From Salinispira sp. (GTDB lineage: Bacteria; Spirochaetota; Spirochaetia; DSM-27196; Salinispiraceae): a stretch of DNA of 64,000 nt. The DNA lies in the NCBI GenBank assembly GCA_965602015.1, contig OZ271918.1, forward strand, positions 832,001 through 896,000, given 5' to 3'. Of this stretch, positions 10,802-21,022 are shown piece after piece (the stretch's first letter is position 1; the number at the start of each line of letters is the position of its first letter). The notes under the pieces were generated by a model. The model was given only the letters and a program-made list of their open reading frames with translations. It searched no databases and had not been told where the DNA came from. Both the position numbers and the translations under genes were made by a program.

Positions 10802-11830
10802 TTAGCGTTGTACACGGCCGGACCCGTCGCCCTTGAGCAGGGCCTCTACCTCCGGCCTGCTGATCAGCGCCACGTCTCCGGGAATCGAGTGTTTCAGACA
10901 AGACGCGGCGACCGCAAAGCGCAGTGCAGCTTCGTCATCCTCGAGGCGGGTGAGCCCGAAAATCAACCCCGCGGCAAAGGAGTCTCCTCCGCCGACCCTG
11001 TCCACTATGTCGGTAATATCGTACTTCTGGGATTCGATAAAGCGCTCCCTGTTGTGCATCACTGCCGACCAGCCGTTTCGGTCCGCCGAGTGGCTTTCCC
11101 TCATGGTAATGGCAATTTTTTCGCAGCCCGGGTACCGGTCCAGAACCTCGAGACATATATCCCGATATCGCCGGGTACCCAGATCGGCATTTCCGACCTC
11201 GGCCCTGGAGCTGATTCCCAGGCTCTTTTGGCAGTCCTCTTCATTGGCAATGGCCACATCGACGTATTTCATTATTTCGCCCATCACATCCGGGGCGGAT
11301 TTCCCGTAGTTCCAGAGTTTTGCCCGGTAATTGAGATCGCAGGAGACAGTGATGCCGCGGCTTTTGGCTTCCGTGACTGCCCGTAGGCTGAGCTCGGCGC
11401 CCCGGATTGAAATGGCCGGAGTGATGCCGGTAATGTGAAACCAGCCTGCGGCATGGAAAACCATATCCCAGTCAAAATCATCGGGCCCGGCCTCGCTGAT
11501 CGATGAGCCTTCCCGGTCGTAAACCACTCTGCTTGGTCTCTGGTTTGCCCCGGTCTCAAGGAAGTAGCTGCCTACACGGCTGCCCTGCAGAATAACTCGC
11601 GATGTGTCGACTCCCCGGCTCCGAAGAGACGCAATGGCTGCCCGGCCGACCGGATTGTCCGGCAATGCGGTGATGAAGGCCACCGGGGCATCCAGAAGTG
11701 CCAGGGCTGAGGCAACATTTGCCTCGCCGCCTCCAAAGGTGGCTTCAAACGTCGGGCTCTGGAATAAGCGCTCGTGGGATGGGGCTTTGAGTCGCAGCAT
11801 GATTTCCCCAAGGGTGACAATTGTGCTCAT
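10802..11830 (-). CDS. kdgK: 2-dehydro-3-deoxygluconokinase (PfkB family)
   Basis: GEIMLRL, GGGEANVA, DLNYR, DRVGGGDSF; coupled to eda. Confidence 0.92.
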   Translation of the reverse strand: MSTIVTLGEIMLRLKAPSHERLFQSPTFEATFGGGEANVASALALLDAPVAFITALPDNPVGRAAIASLRSRGVDTSRVILQGSRVGSYFLETGANQRPSRVVYDREGSSISEAGPDDFDWDMVFHAAGWFHITGITPAISIRGAELSLRAVTEAKSRGITVSCDLNYRAKLWNYGKSAPDVMGEIMKYVDVAIANEEDCQKSLGISSRAEVGNADLGTRRYRDICLEVLDRYPGCEKIAITMRESHSADRNGWSAVMHNRERFIESQKYDITDIVDRVGGGDSFAAGLIFGLTRLEDDEAALRFAVAASCLKHSIPGDVALISRPEVEALLKGDGSGRVQR

Positions 11831-12495
11831 GGTTTCCGTACATCCCGAATGATGGCCAAAGCTTCCCGGGTCAGCCGCGCTACCTCGTCGAATCTGCCCT
11901 CATCAATCAGCTTCGAACTGACAATCCACGATCCTCCGCAGGCCCATACTGAGGGCAGCCGGAGGTAATCCCCGATGTTTGTATGATTAATGCCTCCGGT
12001 GGCTAAAAACCGTGCGTCGGCGTATGGAGCGCTTAAGGCCTTGATCATCGATATACCGCCGGTGGCCTCAGCGGGGAAGAATTTTACCACTGACAGCCCC
12101 CGCTGCATGGCGAAATCAATGCCCATGGGATTATTCACTCCTGGGTATACGGGTATTTCCTGTTCCAGGCAGTAGTCAACTACTTCCGGATTAAAACCCG
12201 GACTGACGATGAACTGAGCCCCGGATCCCCGGGCAACTTTCGCCTGCTCGACGCTCAAGATCGTCCCGGCTCCGCATAAAATGCCCGGGCGGCGGCCCCG
12301 AATTTTTTCCATGGCTGCGGCAGCGGCGCCGCTTCTCATGGTAATCTCAATTATGGGAAGGCCGGCTCCCTCGAGAGTCTCCGCCAGCGGCACGGCATCC
12401 TCGGCATTACTCATTTTCACAACGGGAATGATTCCCGCTGTTCGGAATTCTTCGGCGATCATTCTACTTTTTTCATCACCGGACGCTTTGCTCAT
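11827..12495 (-). CDS. eda: KDPG/KHG aldolase
   Basis: IEITMR, GAGT, FIVSPG, KFFPAE, TGGI. Confidence 0.95.
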   Translation of the reverse strand: MSKASGDEKSRMIAEEFRTAGIIPVVKMSNAEDAVPLAETLEGAGLPIIEITMRSGAAAAAMEKIRGRRPGILCGAGTILSVEQAKVARGSGAQFIVSPGFNPEVVDYCLEQEIPVYPGVNNPMGIDFAMQRGLSVVKFFPAEATGGISMIKALSAPYADARFLATGGINHTNIGDYLRLPSVWACGGSWIVSSKLIDEGRFDEVARLTREALAIIRDVRKP

Positions 12496-13268
12496 TGCTT
12501 CTCCTTTGGGTGGTAACCCATTGACCGTGAAATATCATCAGCACAGCTCACCGCGAGGGGCATGTAGTCATTCCGTTTTTGCTCGAAATCCCCAAAAAAC
12601 GGAACGCTCAACGCCGCAATAACTTCGCTTCGGCTGTTAAAAACGGGTGCAGCGACTGCATAGATACCCAGGGTTTCTTCCTGGTAATCGCTGGCTATGC
12701 CGTTCTCTTTGACCTTTTCTATCGCCAGGTCCAGCTCGCTGAGGCTTGTAATGCTGAATGGAGTGCGGGCTTCCAGTGATGAACCATCGTCTAGTCCCTG
12801 ACGGTAGCGCTGACCTTCACGGCTGAGGGCAAGGAGCAGCTTTCCCGCCGCGCCGATGTGGGGAGGAAACACGGTTCCCGCATCAAGGGTGATGCGTATG
12901 GGAGACGGACTCTCACAGCTCGCCACCGGATAGACACGGCCGCTCCGCAGGACGCTGACTTTGACCATTTCCTCGATTTTCCCGCTCAGTGATGCAATAT
13001 GAGGACCGGCAGCCGAAGCAATATCAAGCCCTCTTTCGGCCCGGGCGCCCAAAACCATAAGCTTGGGTCCCAGGGAGAACCCCGAAGCGCTCTGCTCAAG
13101 GTACCCCCGCTCCTGCAAACTATTCACCAACCGTGAAACCGTCGCTTTTGCCAAACCGGTCTTCACGCATATCTCGGATTGGGTCAGTTTGGCATCTGAT
13201 CCCGAAAGACAGCGGAAAATGAGGTCCATTTTATCAATGGCGGGTACCGGGGAAAGCTGGTCGACCAT
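12492..13268 (-). CDS. IclR family regulator (KdgR-like)
   Basis: N-terminal HTH KATVSRL; GAAGK and AVAAPVF in the effector domain; first gene of the eda-kdgK operon. Confidence 0.9.
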   Translation of the reverse strand: MVDQLSPVPAIDKMDLIFRCLSGSDAKLTQSEICVKTGLAKATVSRLVNSLQERGYLEQSASGFSLGPKLMVLGARAERGLDIASAAGPHIASLSGKIEEMVKVSVLRSGRVYPVASCESPSPIRITLDAGTVFPPHIGAAGKLLLALSREGQRYRQGLDDGSSLEARTPFSITSLSELDLAIEKVKENGIASDYQEETLGIYAVAAPVFNSRSEVIAALSVPFFGDFEQKRNDYMPLAVSCADDISRSMGYHPKEKQ

Positions 13269-13274
13269 TGGTAT

Positions 13275-13342
13275 GTTATATCCCCGGGGATAAGCATTGT
13301 CAACAGAATTTCATATATAAAACGAGGTTTCATATATGAAAC
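13275..13342 (-). promoter_or_regulatory. Sigma70 promoter of iclR-eda-kdgK plus tandem palindromic operators
   Basis: Minus strand TTGACA-17-TATAAC-6-ATG; perfect GTTTCATATATGAAAC (13327-13342) and near copy TTTCATATATAAAAC (13309-13323). Confidence 0.7.
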
Positions 13343-13440
13343 TGACCTTAGGCAGACTCAGGTTTATTGACCTGGAAATCAGCTGTTTTCGGGGCACGCC
13401 ATTCTTGCTGCGGAACGGTTCTTACACTATAACTGTGCAG

Positions 13441-13938
13441 ATGGATATCAATACAATGCTCAGCAGGCTTCCCGCCATGGCAGCAGGGCATAAAAAAGAG
13501 TTCACTGAGCTGGTTAAGAAACTCAGGAAGCGCCGGGCGGGCGACATTGAGTCGATAGTTGAGACACTTCACCGCCGGGCATTCGATGAGATTTCCTGCC
13601 TGGAATGCGGTAATTGCTGCCGCAGTCTTGGCCCCCGGCTAAACACCCGCGATGTCCAAAGACTCTCCGCTAATCTTGGTCTGACGACCGCAGAGCTTGA
13701 GCTGCGCTATCTCAAAATCGATGAGGATGGCGACCGGGTATTTCAGGCGATGCCCTGTCCCTTTCTCGGCGAAGATAACCACTGTTTTGTCTATCAAAAC
13801 CGTCCCAAAGCCTGCGCTGAATATCCCCACACCGAAGGAAGGCAGATCAGAGGCAGGTTGAATCAACTGGTGAAAAACAGCGCATATTGTCCGGCGGTAT
13901 ACCGGATGCTCGAAATGCTTAAAGACGACGGCATATAG
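13441..13938 (+). CDS. YkgJ family cysteine-cluster protein
   Basis: CLECGNCC...CPFL..DNHCFVYQNRPKAC.EYP. Confidence 0.88.
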   Translation: MDINTMLSRLPAMAAGHKKEFTELVKKLRKRRAGDIESIVETLHRRAFDEISCLECGNCCRSLGPRLNTRDVQRLSANLGLTTAELELRYLKIDEDGDRVFQAMPCPFLGEDNHCFVYQNRPKACAEYPHTEGRQIRGRLNQLVKNSAYCPAVYRMLEMLKDDGI

Positions 13939-13986
13939 GCTTCAGGCTGAAGACGACCCGCATGTCATAAGCGCGTTACCTCTAAG

Positions 13987-14010
13987 CGCCAGTCGAATAA
14001 TCGACTGGCG
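13987..14010. terminator. Intergenic hairpin
   Basis: CGCCAGTCGA-ataa-TCGACTGGCG; no U-tract. Confidence 0.45.
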
Positions 14011-14060
14011 GAACAGGGCTTCACCGGCTACAATAGCCCAAAAGGGGCGGCGAACACATC

Positions 14061-14918
14061 ATGAACAGCACTACCTACCTTCACATTGACAGCGACGACA
14101 AACTATTTTCATATATGTCCCGGCTCCGTGAACAGCGGATAGAGGAAATCGCCATGGATTTCGAAGGCGAATTTAATCTGCACGGCTATGGTGAAAAGCT
14201 CTGCCTTATCCAGATTTTCGACGGCCGGGATTTTGCCATTGTCGATCCTCTGCGGGTCAGCGTCAAAGCCCTGGACAACTTGCTTGATAATAAGATTATC
14301 AAGTTGTTTTTCGACGCTTCGTCCGACCGCCTGCTTGTCTATCGTCAGCATGGAGTTCGGCTCACCTCGGTGCTGGATCTCAAGCATTACCTCAGCGCTC
14401 TTCAGTGGAAAAAGACCGGGTTGAATCATGCATTGGAACAGATGCTGGGCATAGGTATCGAGAAAAAATACCAAAAATACAACTGGATGCGCCGGCCCAT
14501 CGATCCGGCTGCCATGGAATACGCCCTGGAAGATGTCAGCCATTTGTTCGCGTTGCGGGACGCTCTGCACAGCCGGGTGAGCAAGGAAGGAAAAATAGAC
14601 AAGCTTTTAGAGGCGATGGTTCGGGAAGATATCAATTACGAAAAAAAGAGCGTTCCGTCCATCCAGAAAAAAAGCCGCTACCAGAAGTTTTCATCTGTGC
14701 AAAAAAAGAGGGCCGACGCGATTTTCGCTGCCCGGGAACGCATTGCCGCCCAGGTTGACTGGCCGCCCCACAACGTCCTGGCCAATGACGAGCTCCTGAC
14801 TCTGGCGGAAACCGCTTCCTCAGGTGGCGATCTGCCGGTCAGCCGTCGGCTCTCGGCGGATATCCGCCGTCGCCTCATTTCCGAGATTCGGGAAATTCTC
14901 CGTGATTCGAACTATTAA
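14061..14918 (+). CDS. RNase D-like 3'-5' exonuclease with HRDC domain
   Basis: DFEGE exoI, LCLIQI, NWMRRP, YALEDV exoIII, C-terminal HRDC-like segment. Confidence 0.85.
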   Translation: MNSTTYLHIDSDDKLFSYMSRLREQRIEEIAMDFEGEFNLHGYGEKLCLIQIFDGRDFAIVDPLRVSVKALDNLLDNKIIKLFFDASSDRLLVYRQHGVRLTSVLDLKHYLSALQWKKTGLNHALEQMLGIGIEKKYQKYNWMRRPIDPAAMEYALEDVSHLFALRDALHSRVSKEGKIDKLLEAMVREDINYEKKSVPSIQKKSRYQKFSSVQKKRADAIFAARERIAAQVDWPPHNVLANDELLTLAETASSGGDLPVSRRLSADIRRRLISEIREILRDSNY

Positions 14919-15248
14919 AAGATATTTATACAAGATAGACAATTTAATCCCTAGTTTTTATCCGGATGAGGACAATCAGAAGCGCTGAGCTGTCGCCATT
15001 TTCCCTCCAAAGCCACTTTTTGTCTAATAAAATAGCTTTTTTGATGCAAAATATTACTAAATCTCTATTAAATAGCAATAAATTGCTATGTATAAAATAC
15101 CCTTTTTGTTTGACTGTCTTTGAAAGACCTGCCATGCTTTTGCCTGAGTGAGGATCGGATTGGTACAGTATTAACAGGAAGGCCCATGAAACGGGTGTAT
15201 TATATATTGTACATACCCGATCGAATAAAATCGTCGTATTAACGCCTA

Positions 15249-16394
15249 ATGAACGCGAATAGAACACTTTATCTCCTTGAATCTCTGGGTCGGTACTTCA
15301 CATCGAATGTAATGACATCGGCAAAAACCATGCTCTCCCTGTTGATTTCATTCGTGTTTCCCTTGCTGGTGTTCCAATTCGATGGCTTCGTCAGGGATCA
15401 GCTGTCGTCGAATCGTTTTTACGAACCGGCAAAATTGGCTGGTGTAAACATCAGCGGATTCCAAGGGCTGTCATTTACCGGCCCGGAAAATGTAGAAGAT
15501 TCCCAATACCTGTTCTTACAGATACCGAATCTCGGATCAATAGTCCGCATTGTGGTTGACGGTTCGGTAGTACAGCACCCCAGTACTTATCTTTCAAAAG
15601 ACAGCCTTCGAGTCTTCAAGGTTCCGATTCTCCGGGGAAGATACTTCCAAATAGAAGAACTGAATGAAGACTTTCATGTCTGCATACTTACGCATTCGAT
15701 GATCTCCGAACTACGTCTATCAGTGGACGTAGGCGATGCCATTGAAGTCAATGGGTGGAAGTACCGCGTCATTGGAATTACGGATGCTGGATTATTGCAG
15801 AATTACATTATTTTTCCCATATCCAGTTATCTGCCTCTGAATGGCCCATCCGGTACTCGAGAAGCTAGTTTTTTCCTCCGGCTCAGGGAGGAATACAGCG
15901 ATGATATCGAGCGTTCCCTCTATGCCGCATTTGAGGCGAGCTATCCGGATGCGCATATCGAATTGTGGTCTTATGAATCATTTGACTCGGCCAATGAAAA
16001 TCGTGCGAACAATGTATTAGTGATCTTGTTCTTCGCGGCATTCTTAGTCTACCTGTATACCCTATCAAACCTGTCTGGACTTATTCTTCTCGAGTTTCAA
16101 CGCAGCCGCTTCGATATCGGAGTGAAATTGTCTTTCGGAGCGACTTTTTTTCATATCTGTTTGGAATATTTCCTTAGGTATCTGTTGATCTCGATGCTGT
16201 CAGCCGTCATTCTCGGGATGCTGATCCCGATAATAAACGTGGTTCTCGAAGATCAGATTGGATATGTTTTCCGAGTGTACGATTCGGTGTTGTGGGGGCT
16301 TTTTACATTCCCCATTATCACCTCCGCTGGAATAACGATGTTTATCCATTGGCATTTAAAACGCCTCGGTATCAAACAGGTGCTTCATTCATGA
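15249..16394 (+). CDS. MacB/FtsX-type ABC permease
   Basis: PILRGRYF periplasmic core; DIGVKLSFGA; 1+3 TM layout. Confidence 0.8.
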   Translation: MNANRTLYLLESLGRYFTSNVMTSAKTMLSLLISFVFPLLVFQFDGFVRDQLSSNRFYEPAKLAGVNISGFQGLSFTGPENVEDSQYLFLQIPNLGSIVRIVVDGSVVQHPSTYLSKDSLRVFKVPILRGRYFQIEELNEDFHVCILTHSMISELRLSVDVGDAIEVNGWKYRVIGITDAGLLQNYIIFPISSYLPLNGPSGTREASFFLRLREEYSDDIERSLYAAFEASYPDAHIELWSYESFDSANENRANNVLVILFFAAFLVYLYTLSNLSGLILLEFQRSRFDIGVKLSFGATFFHICLEYFLRYLLISMLSAVILGMLIPIINVVLEDQIGYVFRVYDSVLWGLFTFPIITSAGITMFIHWHLKRLGIKQVLHS

Positions 16395-17656
16395 TCCATT
16401 TGTTTAGGCTGACCTTGTCACTGCGGCAGATCATGAGGAATTTCTCATTGTACGTTCTGATAATCCTCGGTCTTGCGATCTGTTTCGCCTTTCTGATCGT
16501 CAGCAATATCATCCATGAAACGATACAAGTCCACTATTCGCAGTTCACCCGATCTGAAGACTACTATGCGTTTTTTCTTGATGGGACATCCGCGGAATTC
16601 ACTTCTGATGATCAGCCCGTATTTGATCAGGCGTTGAGTTTCGATTATTCCGACTTCCTCTACCTTTCGTCGCTATTGCCGACGGAAAATGATCTGAAGT
16701 TCTATATCCGGATAAATAGTACGTTATTCGGGCCAAACCTTGAGGATGAGGTGAAGAACCTGGTAGTGATTTTGGCTGCCGACCCGGTTTTTGCATCGAA
16801 GTATCAATTCGATGGGGCTGTTCCGGCATTTTTTTTCTTTGGTACCGAAGTGCTTGCCACCTTGCTGCGATATAGTTCGCAACCCCTTAACGGAGATTTT
16901 CCATTTAGATACGATAAGCGAGCGCAAAGCTTTGATTTTTTCGGCAGACAGATTAATAGAGACGCGATAGTCGACATCTCAGGTAGCTCCGATTCGCCGG
17001 ACCGACCTTTATTGGTTTTTGCGAACAATGAATATCATTCAAACCCCTGGAATGACGTAATCTTCGCTTCACTTGACGTTGATGGGATGGCAATTGAGCG
17101 GCAACTGGAAGAATCCGGATACCGATTCGCCAAAAGCCTGAGCATCGGCAATACGGCATTTTATGAAAATTCCGATACAAATGCGCTCTTTCTTGAATAT
17201 CTCAACCGGAAATACGCAGATCAGTACCGATATAGATTTATTCAGCCGGTGACGGTGTACCAGCCGAGAATCGATGAGGCCATGTTCTATGTCCGCCTCC
17301 TCAGAATCTTCGGCATCCTCAGTATCGCGATTATGGTTGCGAATACTGCTAATACGTTCTCCGCACTGTTTCTCACCAGGCAGCCCGAGATCAAACTCAA
17401 ACTGTGTCTCGGCGCTTCACTCCTGGGGATTTCCATTGAATGGCTGTTCGAGCTGATGATCGTTATCGCAGCGGGATTCGTGCTTTGCGCAGGGCTGCTG
17501 ATCATCGTCTCTCCGGTGGTGGTCGAACAGTTGGATGTGCGGCTGTCCGTCAACTATTGGGATATTCTGATGCTGGTTCCGGCGATCTCACTGCCAGTAT
17601 TGTTGACGATTACAGGTCCAATACTGGCTATCGACCGGATGAGGCCGGGTAAATGA
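16391..17656 (+). CDS. FtsX-like ABC permease
   Basis: RQPEIKLKLCLGAS motif; ATGA overlap with the upstream permease. Confidence 0.78.
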   Translation: MIHLFRLTLSLRQIMRNFSLYVLIILGLAICFAFLIVSNIIHETIQVHYSQFTRSEDYYAFFLDGTSAEFTSDDQPVFDQALSFDYSDFLYLSSLLPTENDLKFYIRINSTLFGPNLEDEVKNLVVILAADPVFASKYQFDGAVPAFFFFGTEVLATLLRYSSQPLNGDFPFRYDKRAQSFDFFGRQINRDAIVDISGSSDSPDRPLLVFANNEYHSNPWNDVIFASLDVDGMAIERQLEESGYRFAKSLSIGNTAFYENSDTNALFLEYLNRKYADQYRYRFIQPVTVYQPRIDEAMFYVRLLRIFGILSIAIMVANTANTFSALFLTRQPEIKLKLCLGASLLGISIEWLFELMIVIAAGFVLCAGLLIIVSPVVVEQLDVRLSVNYWDILMLVPAISLPVLLTITGPILAIDRMRPGK

Positions 17657-17669
17657 CAAGGGGAATTAA

Positions 17670-18338
17670 ATGATACGGCTTGAAAACGTCCACAAGGATT
17701 ATACCGATGTAACCCCCCCATTGAGGGTAATTAAGGGGATTGATATGCAGATTTCAAGAGGGGACTTTGTCACGATATCCGGAAGATCAGGTAGTGGAAA
17801 ATCGACGATATTGAATCTTCTGGGTTTGATGGATCGAATTGATTCGGGCTCGTACAGTTTCAATGGAGCGGAGGTGTCGCAGCTCAACCATCGGCAGATG
17901 GCTGAATTTAGGAATCGGAATATCGGGTTCGTTTTTCAGTCCTTCAATCTGATTTCATCGCTGAACGTAATAGAGAATATCGAATTGCCGTTGGGATATG
18001 GGAACGTGAAACGAGCGCTAAGGAAAGCAAGGGCTTATGAGCTCCTACGAGAAGTCGGATTGAGCGGAAAGGAAACCATGCATCCGCATCAACTTTCGGG
18101 CGGACAACAACAACGTGTTGCCATTGCTCGGGCATTGGCGAACAACCCAGATGTGGTGCTCGCCGATGAGCCGACGGGAAACTTAGATTCCGTCACTTCG
18201 TCGCAAATTCTGGATTTGTTTTCTAAACTTCATAAGTCTCTGAATAAAACCTTCGTCATAGTGACTCATGATTCCGAGGTAGCTCAATACGCCGATAGGG
18301 AAATTATTATTAATGATGGACTTATTTACAAGGAGTAA
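17670..18338 (+). CDS. ABC ATP-binding protein, LolD/MacB type
   Basis: [35 protein letters not shown]. Confidence 0.95.
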   Translation: MIRLENVHKDYTDVTPPLRVIKGIDMQISRGDFVTISGRSGSGKSTILNLLGLMDRIDSGSYSFNGAEVSQLNHRQMAEFRNRNIGFVFQSFNLISSLNVIENIELPLGYGNVKRALRKARAYELLREVGLSGKETMHPHQLSGGQQQRVAIARALANNPDVVLADEPTGNLDSVTSSQILDLFSKLHKSLNKTFVIVTHDSEVAQYADREIIINDGLIYKE

Positions 18339-18510
18339 TTGAAATGAAAAAGAGCTGTTGGCTGGTTATTGCCTTTGTTGGATAGGTGATTTCAGCTCCT
18401 GTGACGAGCTCATCCTAGACATGGGATCAGATACCCTCCTGCTACAGCAAAGCTGCCGGTCACCCCTCATATCCCTTGAAAATCTGGGATAAACCGCTAC
18501 AGTGTGTCGT

Positions 18511-19203
18511 ATGAGCAGTCCGGTTGCCGCGTATATACCGTTGTTAACATCCCTCATACTCTTTAAGGGGATCAGTCCAGAGCTTCTCACCCGGTATTTG
18601 GAACGCTGCGCATGCTCGATCAGACATTACCGGGAATCGGAGGTTATCGCCCTTTCCGGAGACCCCCTCGAAGAGCTGCTTATTTTGGTTGATGGCCGCC
18701 TGAGCGCGGATTTCTTGTCAATCGAGGGACGCAGCCTCAAGGTTGAAAATCTGCAGCCACCGGCCCTTGTGGGCAGCACGGTTCTCTTCGCCGAAGATAA
18801 TGTTTTCCCGGTTCAGCTGACCGCGGTCATCGATTCGGTCATCATCGCCATATCCAAGGATGAGCTGCTGCGGATGGTCATGAATGATCGGATCATTCTG
18901 GAAAATCTCCTGCGGGATTCGGGCAACCGCCTCAGATTCCTCGCGGACAAGATTAAGTTTATACAATTCGACTCAATCGAGAAAAAGACTGCGGGATTTT
19001 TGATCGATCTCAATCGAAGAGGAAGAACCGCGGAATTTTCCCTGCCGTACAGCGTTCAGGAGCTCTCCGAGCTCTTCGGGGTGGCCCGGCCCTCCTTGAG
19101 TCGGGTCCTGGGGAATCTCGAGTCCCAGGGGATAATTGCAAAAAGCGGAAAAACCGTACGCATCCTCGACAGCGACGCCCTTAGCCGCCTTCTCGACGAG
19201 TAG
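18511..19203 (+). CDS. Crp/Fnr family regulator, HcpR-like
   Basis: cNMP-like domain and HTH GVARPSLSR; adjacent to an Fe-S gene and hcp that carry matching operators. Confidence 0.88.
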   Translation: MSSPVAAYIPLLTSLILFKGISPELLTRYLERCACSIRHYRESEVIALSGDPLEELLILVDGRLSADFLSIEGRSLKVENLQPPALVGSTVLFAEDNVFPVQLTAVIDSVIIAISKDELLRMVMNDRIILENLLRDSGNRLRFLADKIKFIQFDSIEKKTAGFLIDLNRRGRTAEFSLPYSVQELSELFGVARPSLSRVLGNLESQGIIAKSGKTVRILDSDALSRLLDE

Positions 19204-19219
19204 AGAATAATTATGATCT

Positions 19220-19237
19220 TTGTAACATAGGTTACGG
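19220..19237. promoter_or_regulatory. HcpR-type operator upstream of the Fe-S protein
   Basis: ttGTAACatagGTTACgg (GTAAC-N4-GTTAC). Confidence 0.8.
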
Positions 19238-19290
19238 CTATGTGAGTCTGGCTCAGGTATACTCTCAAAAAACAGAAAAGGCGGTAGGCC

Positions 19291-20226
19291 ATGATACGGG
19301 ATATCATCCAGATTGACGAAGAACTTTGCAATGGCTGCGGAAATTGCGTCCCGGGCTGCCACGAAGGCGCGTTGAGAATAATTGACGGGAAGGCCCGGCT
19401 AATCAGCGACCTCATGTGTGACGGTCTGGGGGCCTGCGTGGGCCATTGTCCCACCGGGGCTATGACGGTGGTAAAACGTGAGGCAGAGGCTTACGACGAG
19501 GGCAAAGTGATGACGGAAAATATCATTCCCGCAGGCGCCAATACCATTTCCGCCCATCTATCCCATTTGCTGGATCACGGTGAAACCGAGTTCTATGATC
19601 AAGCCATTGCGGTGTTACGAGAGCATAATATCGATATTCCCGCCCACGGCGAAAAAGACGCAATGCCAGCCATGAGTTCGGGATGTCCGGGTACCGCGGC
19701 ACGAAGTTTTTCTCCTGCGGCAGATTCCCGGCGGCATCCGGTTACCCGGGGCCGACAGACCGTTATTCCGCCGGTTTCCGATTCCGCGGGGGGGCCGGCT
19801 TCTGAGAACTACTCGCCGGGTAATGAGGCTATATCTTCACAGCTTGGACAGTGGCCGGTCCAGCTGCATCTGCTTAGCCCCGCTGCCCCGTACCTCAAAA
19901 AGGCGGACCTGCTGCTTGCAGCGGACTGTACTGCCTACGCCATGGGCGACTTTCATCAGCGCTATCTCAAGGGAAAGAGCCTTGCGATTGCCTGCCCGAA
20001 ACTTGACCAGGGACAACAGAATTACATCGATAAACTTACTGCCATGATTGAACAAGCAGAGCTCAATTCCATCACTGTTCTGATGATGGAGGTGCCCTGT
20101 TGCGGCGGACTGCTGATGATGGCCCGCAGCGCTGTCCGCCAGGCATCGAGAAAACTGCCTATCAAGAAGGTCATCGTTTCCATCCGGGGTGATATCCTCG
20201 ACGAACAGTGGGTGCTGGATCCCTAA
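19291..20226 (+). CDS. 2x[4Fe-4S] ferredoxin-domain protein with a conserved Cys-containing C-terminal domain, hcp-associated
   Basis: CNGCGNCVPGC, CDGLGACVGHCP, QWPVQLHL, ACPKLD, MEVPCCGG. Confidence 0.88.
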   Translation: MIRDIIQIDEELCNGCGNCVPGCHEGALRIIDGKARLISDLMCDGLGACVGHCPTGAMTVVKREAEAYDEGKVMTENIIPAGANTISAHLSHLLDHGETEFYDQAIAVLREHNIDIPAHGEKDAMPAMSSGCPGTAARSFSPAADSRRHPVTRGRQTVIPPVSDSAGGPASENYSPGNEAISSQLGQWPVQLHLLSPAAPYLKKADLLLAADCTAYAMGDFHQRYLKGKSLAIACPKLDQGQQNYIDKLTAMIEQAELNSITVLMMEVPCCGGLLMMARSAVRQASRKLPIKKVIVSIRGDILDEQWVLDP

Positions 20227-20976
20227 ATGGTGAATAGTTCGCTTTACCGGCGCATCGCCGACGAGTACGCCGACCTATTTCCTTCTTCCCCCGAAAAGAT
20301 AGCATTCGCCGAGTCTTTAGTAAGCGAAACCCCGGCTGTACGGATTCTCGACATCGGATGTGCCAGTGGCGAGTTTTGCGTTTCCCTGCACAAAGCTGAT
20401 AGGACCATACGAGGCATAGATCTCGATCCTGCAATGATAGAAGCAGCCAGAAGGCATGCCGCCGAGTCCGGAGCACCTGAGATGACGTTTACCCAATCGG
20501 AAATGCTGGAGTATCTCTGCTCGGCGAAAACCGATTCAATGGATGTTATTTTTTGCATGGGGAATACCGCCGCCTACCTTACTGATCGTGAAAGCATACT
20601 GGTTTTTTTTGAGAACTGTCTCCGGCTTCTGTGCGCCGGCGGTACTCTGGTATTACAGCTTCTCAACTATGACAATCATGTGTTTGCTCCGGGGTATGTG
20701 TTTCCGCCGTTAACGGGCACTAGTCTGCATATGTACCGAAGTTACCTGCGCGCAGAGTCTTCAGAACATCTGGAATTCCACACAAAAGTCACTGATAGCA
20801 AAGGAACTACTGTCATTGAGGACCGGCATATTCACCGTAGGACCGGTAGCGATGAAGTAGAAGCACTGGGGCGTGAAGCAGGATTCGAAATGGTGAGGAT
20901 TTTCGGCGGATATTCCCGCAGCAAGCCCAGCGACGGAGATTTTTTCCGCCTTTTTTTACTCAGTTCTCCACGTTAA
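20227..20976 (+). CDS. Class I SAM-dependent methyltransferase
   Basis: ILDIGCASG, GIDLD, CMGNT. Confidence 0.88.
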   Translation: MVNSSLYRRIADEYADLFPSSPEKIAFAESLVSETPAVRILDIGCASGEFCVSLHKADRTIRGIDLDPAMIEAARRHAAESGAPEMTFTQSEMLEYLCSAKTDSMDVIFCMGNTAAYLTDRESILVFFENCLRLLCAGGTLVLQLLNYDNHVFAPGYVFPPLTGTSLHMYRSYLRAESSEHLEFHTKVTDSKGTTVIEDRHIHRRTGSDEVEALGREAGFEMVRIFGGYSRSKPSDGDFFRLFLLSSPR

Positions 20977-20977
20977 A

Positions 20978-21001
20978 CAGCCCCCGGCTTCCCGGGGGCT
21001 G
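20978..21001. terminator. Hairpin between convergent genes
   Basis: CAGCCCCCGG-cttc-CCGGGGGCTG. Confidence 0.65.
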
Positions 21002-21022
21002 AATTGGCAGTTCTCTGCTGCC

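Noticed and set aside
14944..15267. Small ORFs upstream of the ABC exporter as bacteriocin/RiPP precursors
   Set aside because: No SD, leader or double-glycine motif and no modifying enzymes; looks like promoter DNA
14786..18470. Short matches (tgacgagctc, ctgccggtca) on both sides of the ABC insert as att sites
   Set aside because: Only 10 bp each with inconsistent spacing; compatible with chance
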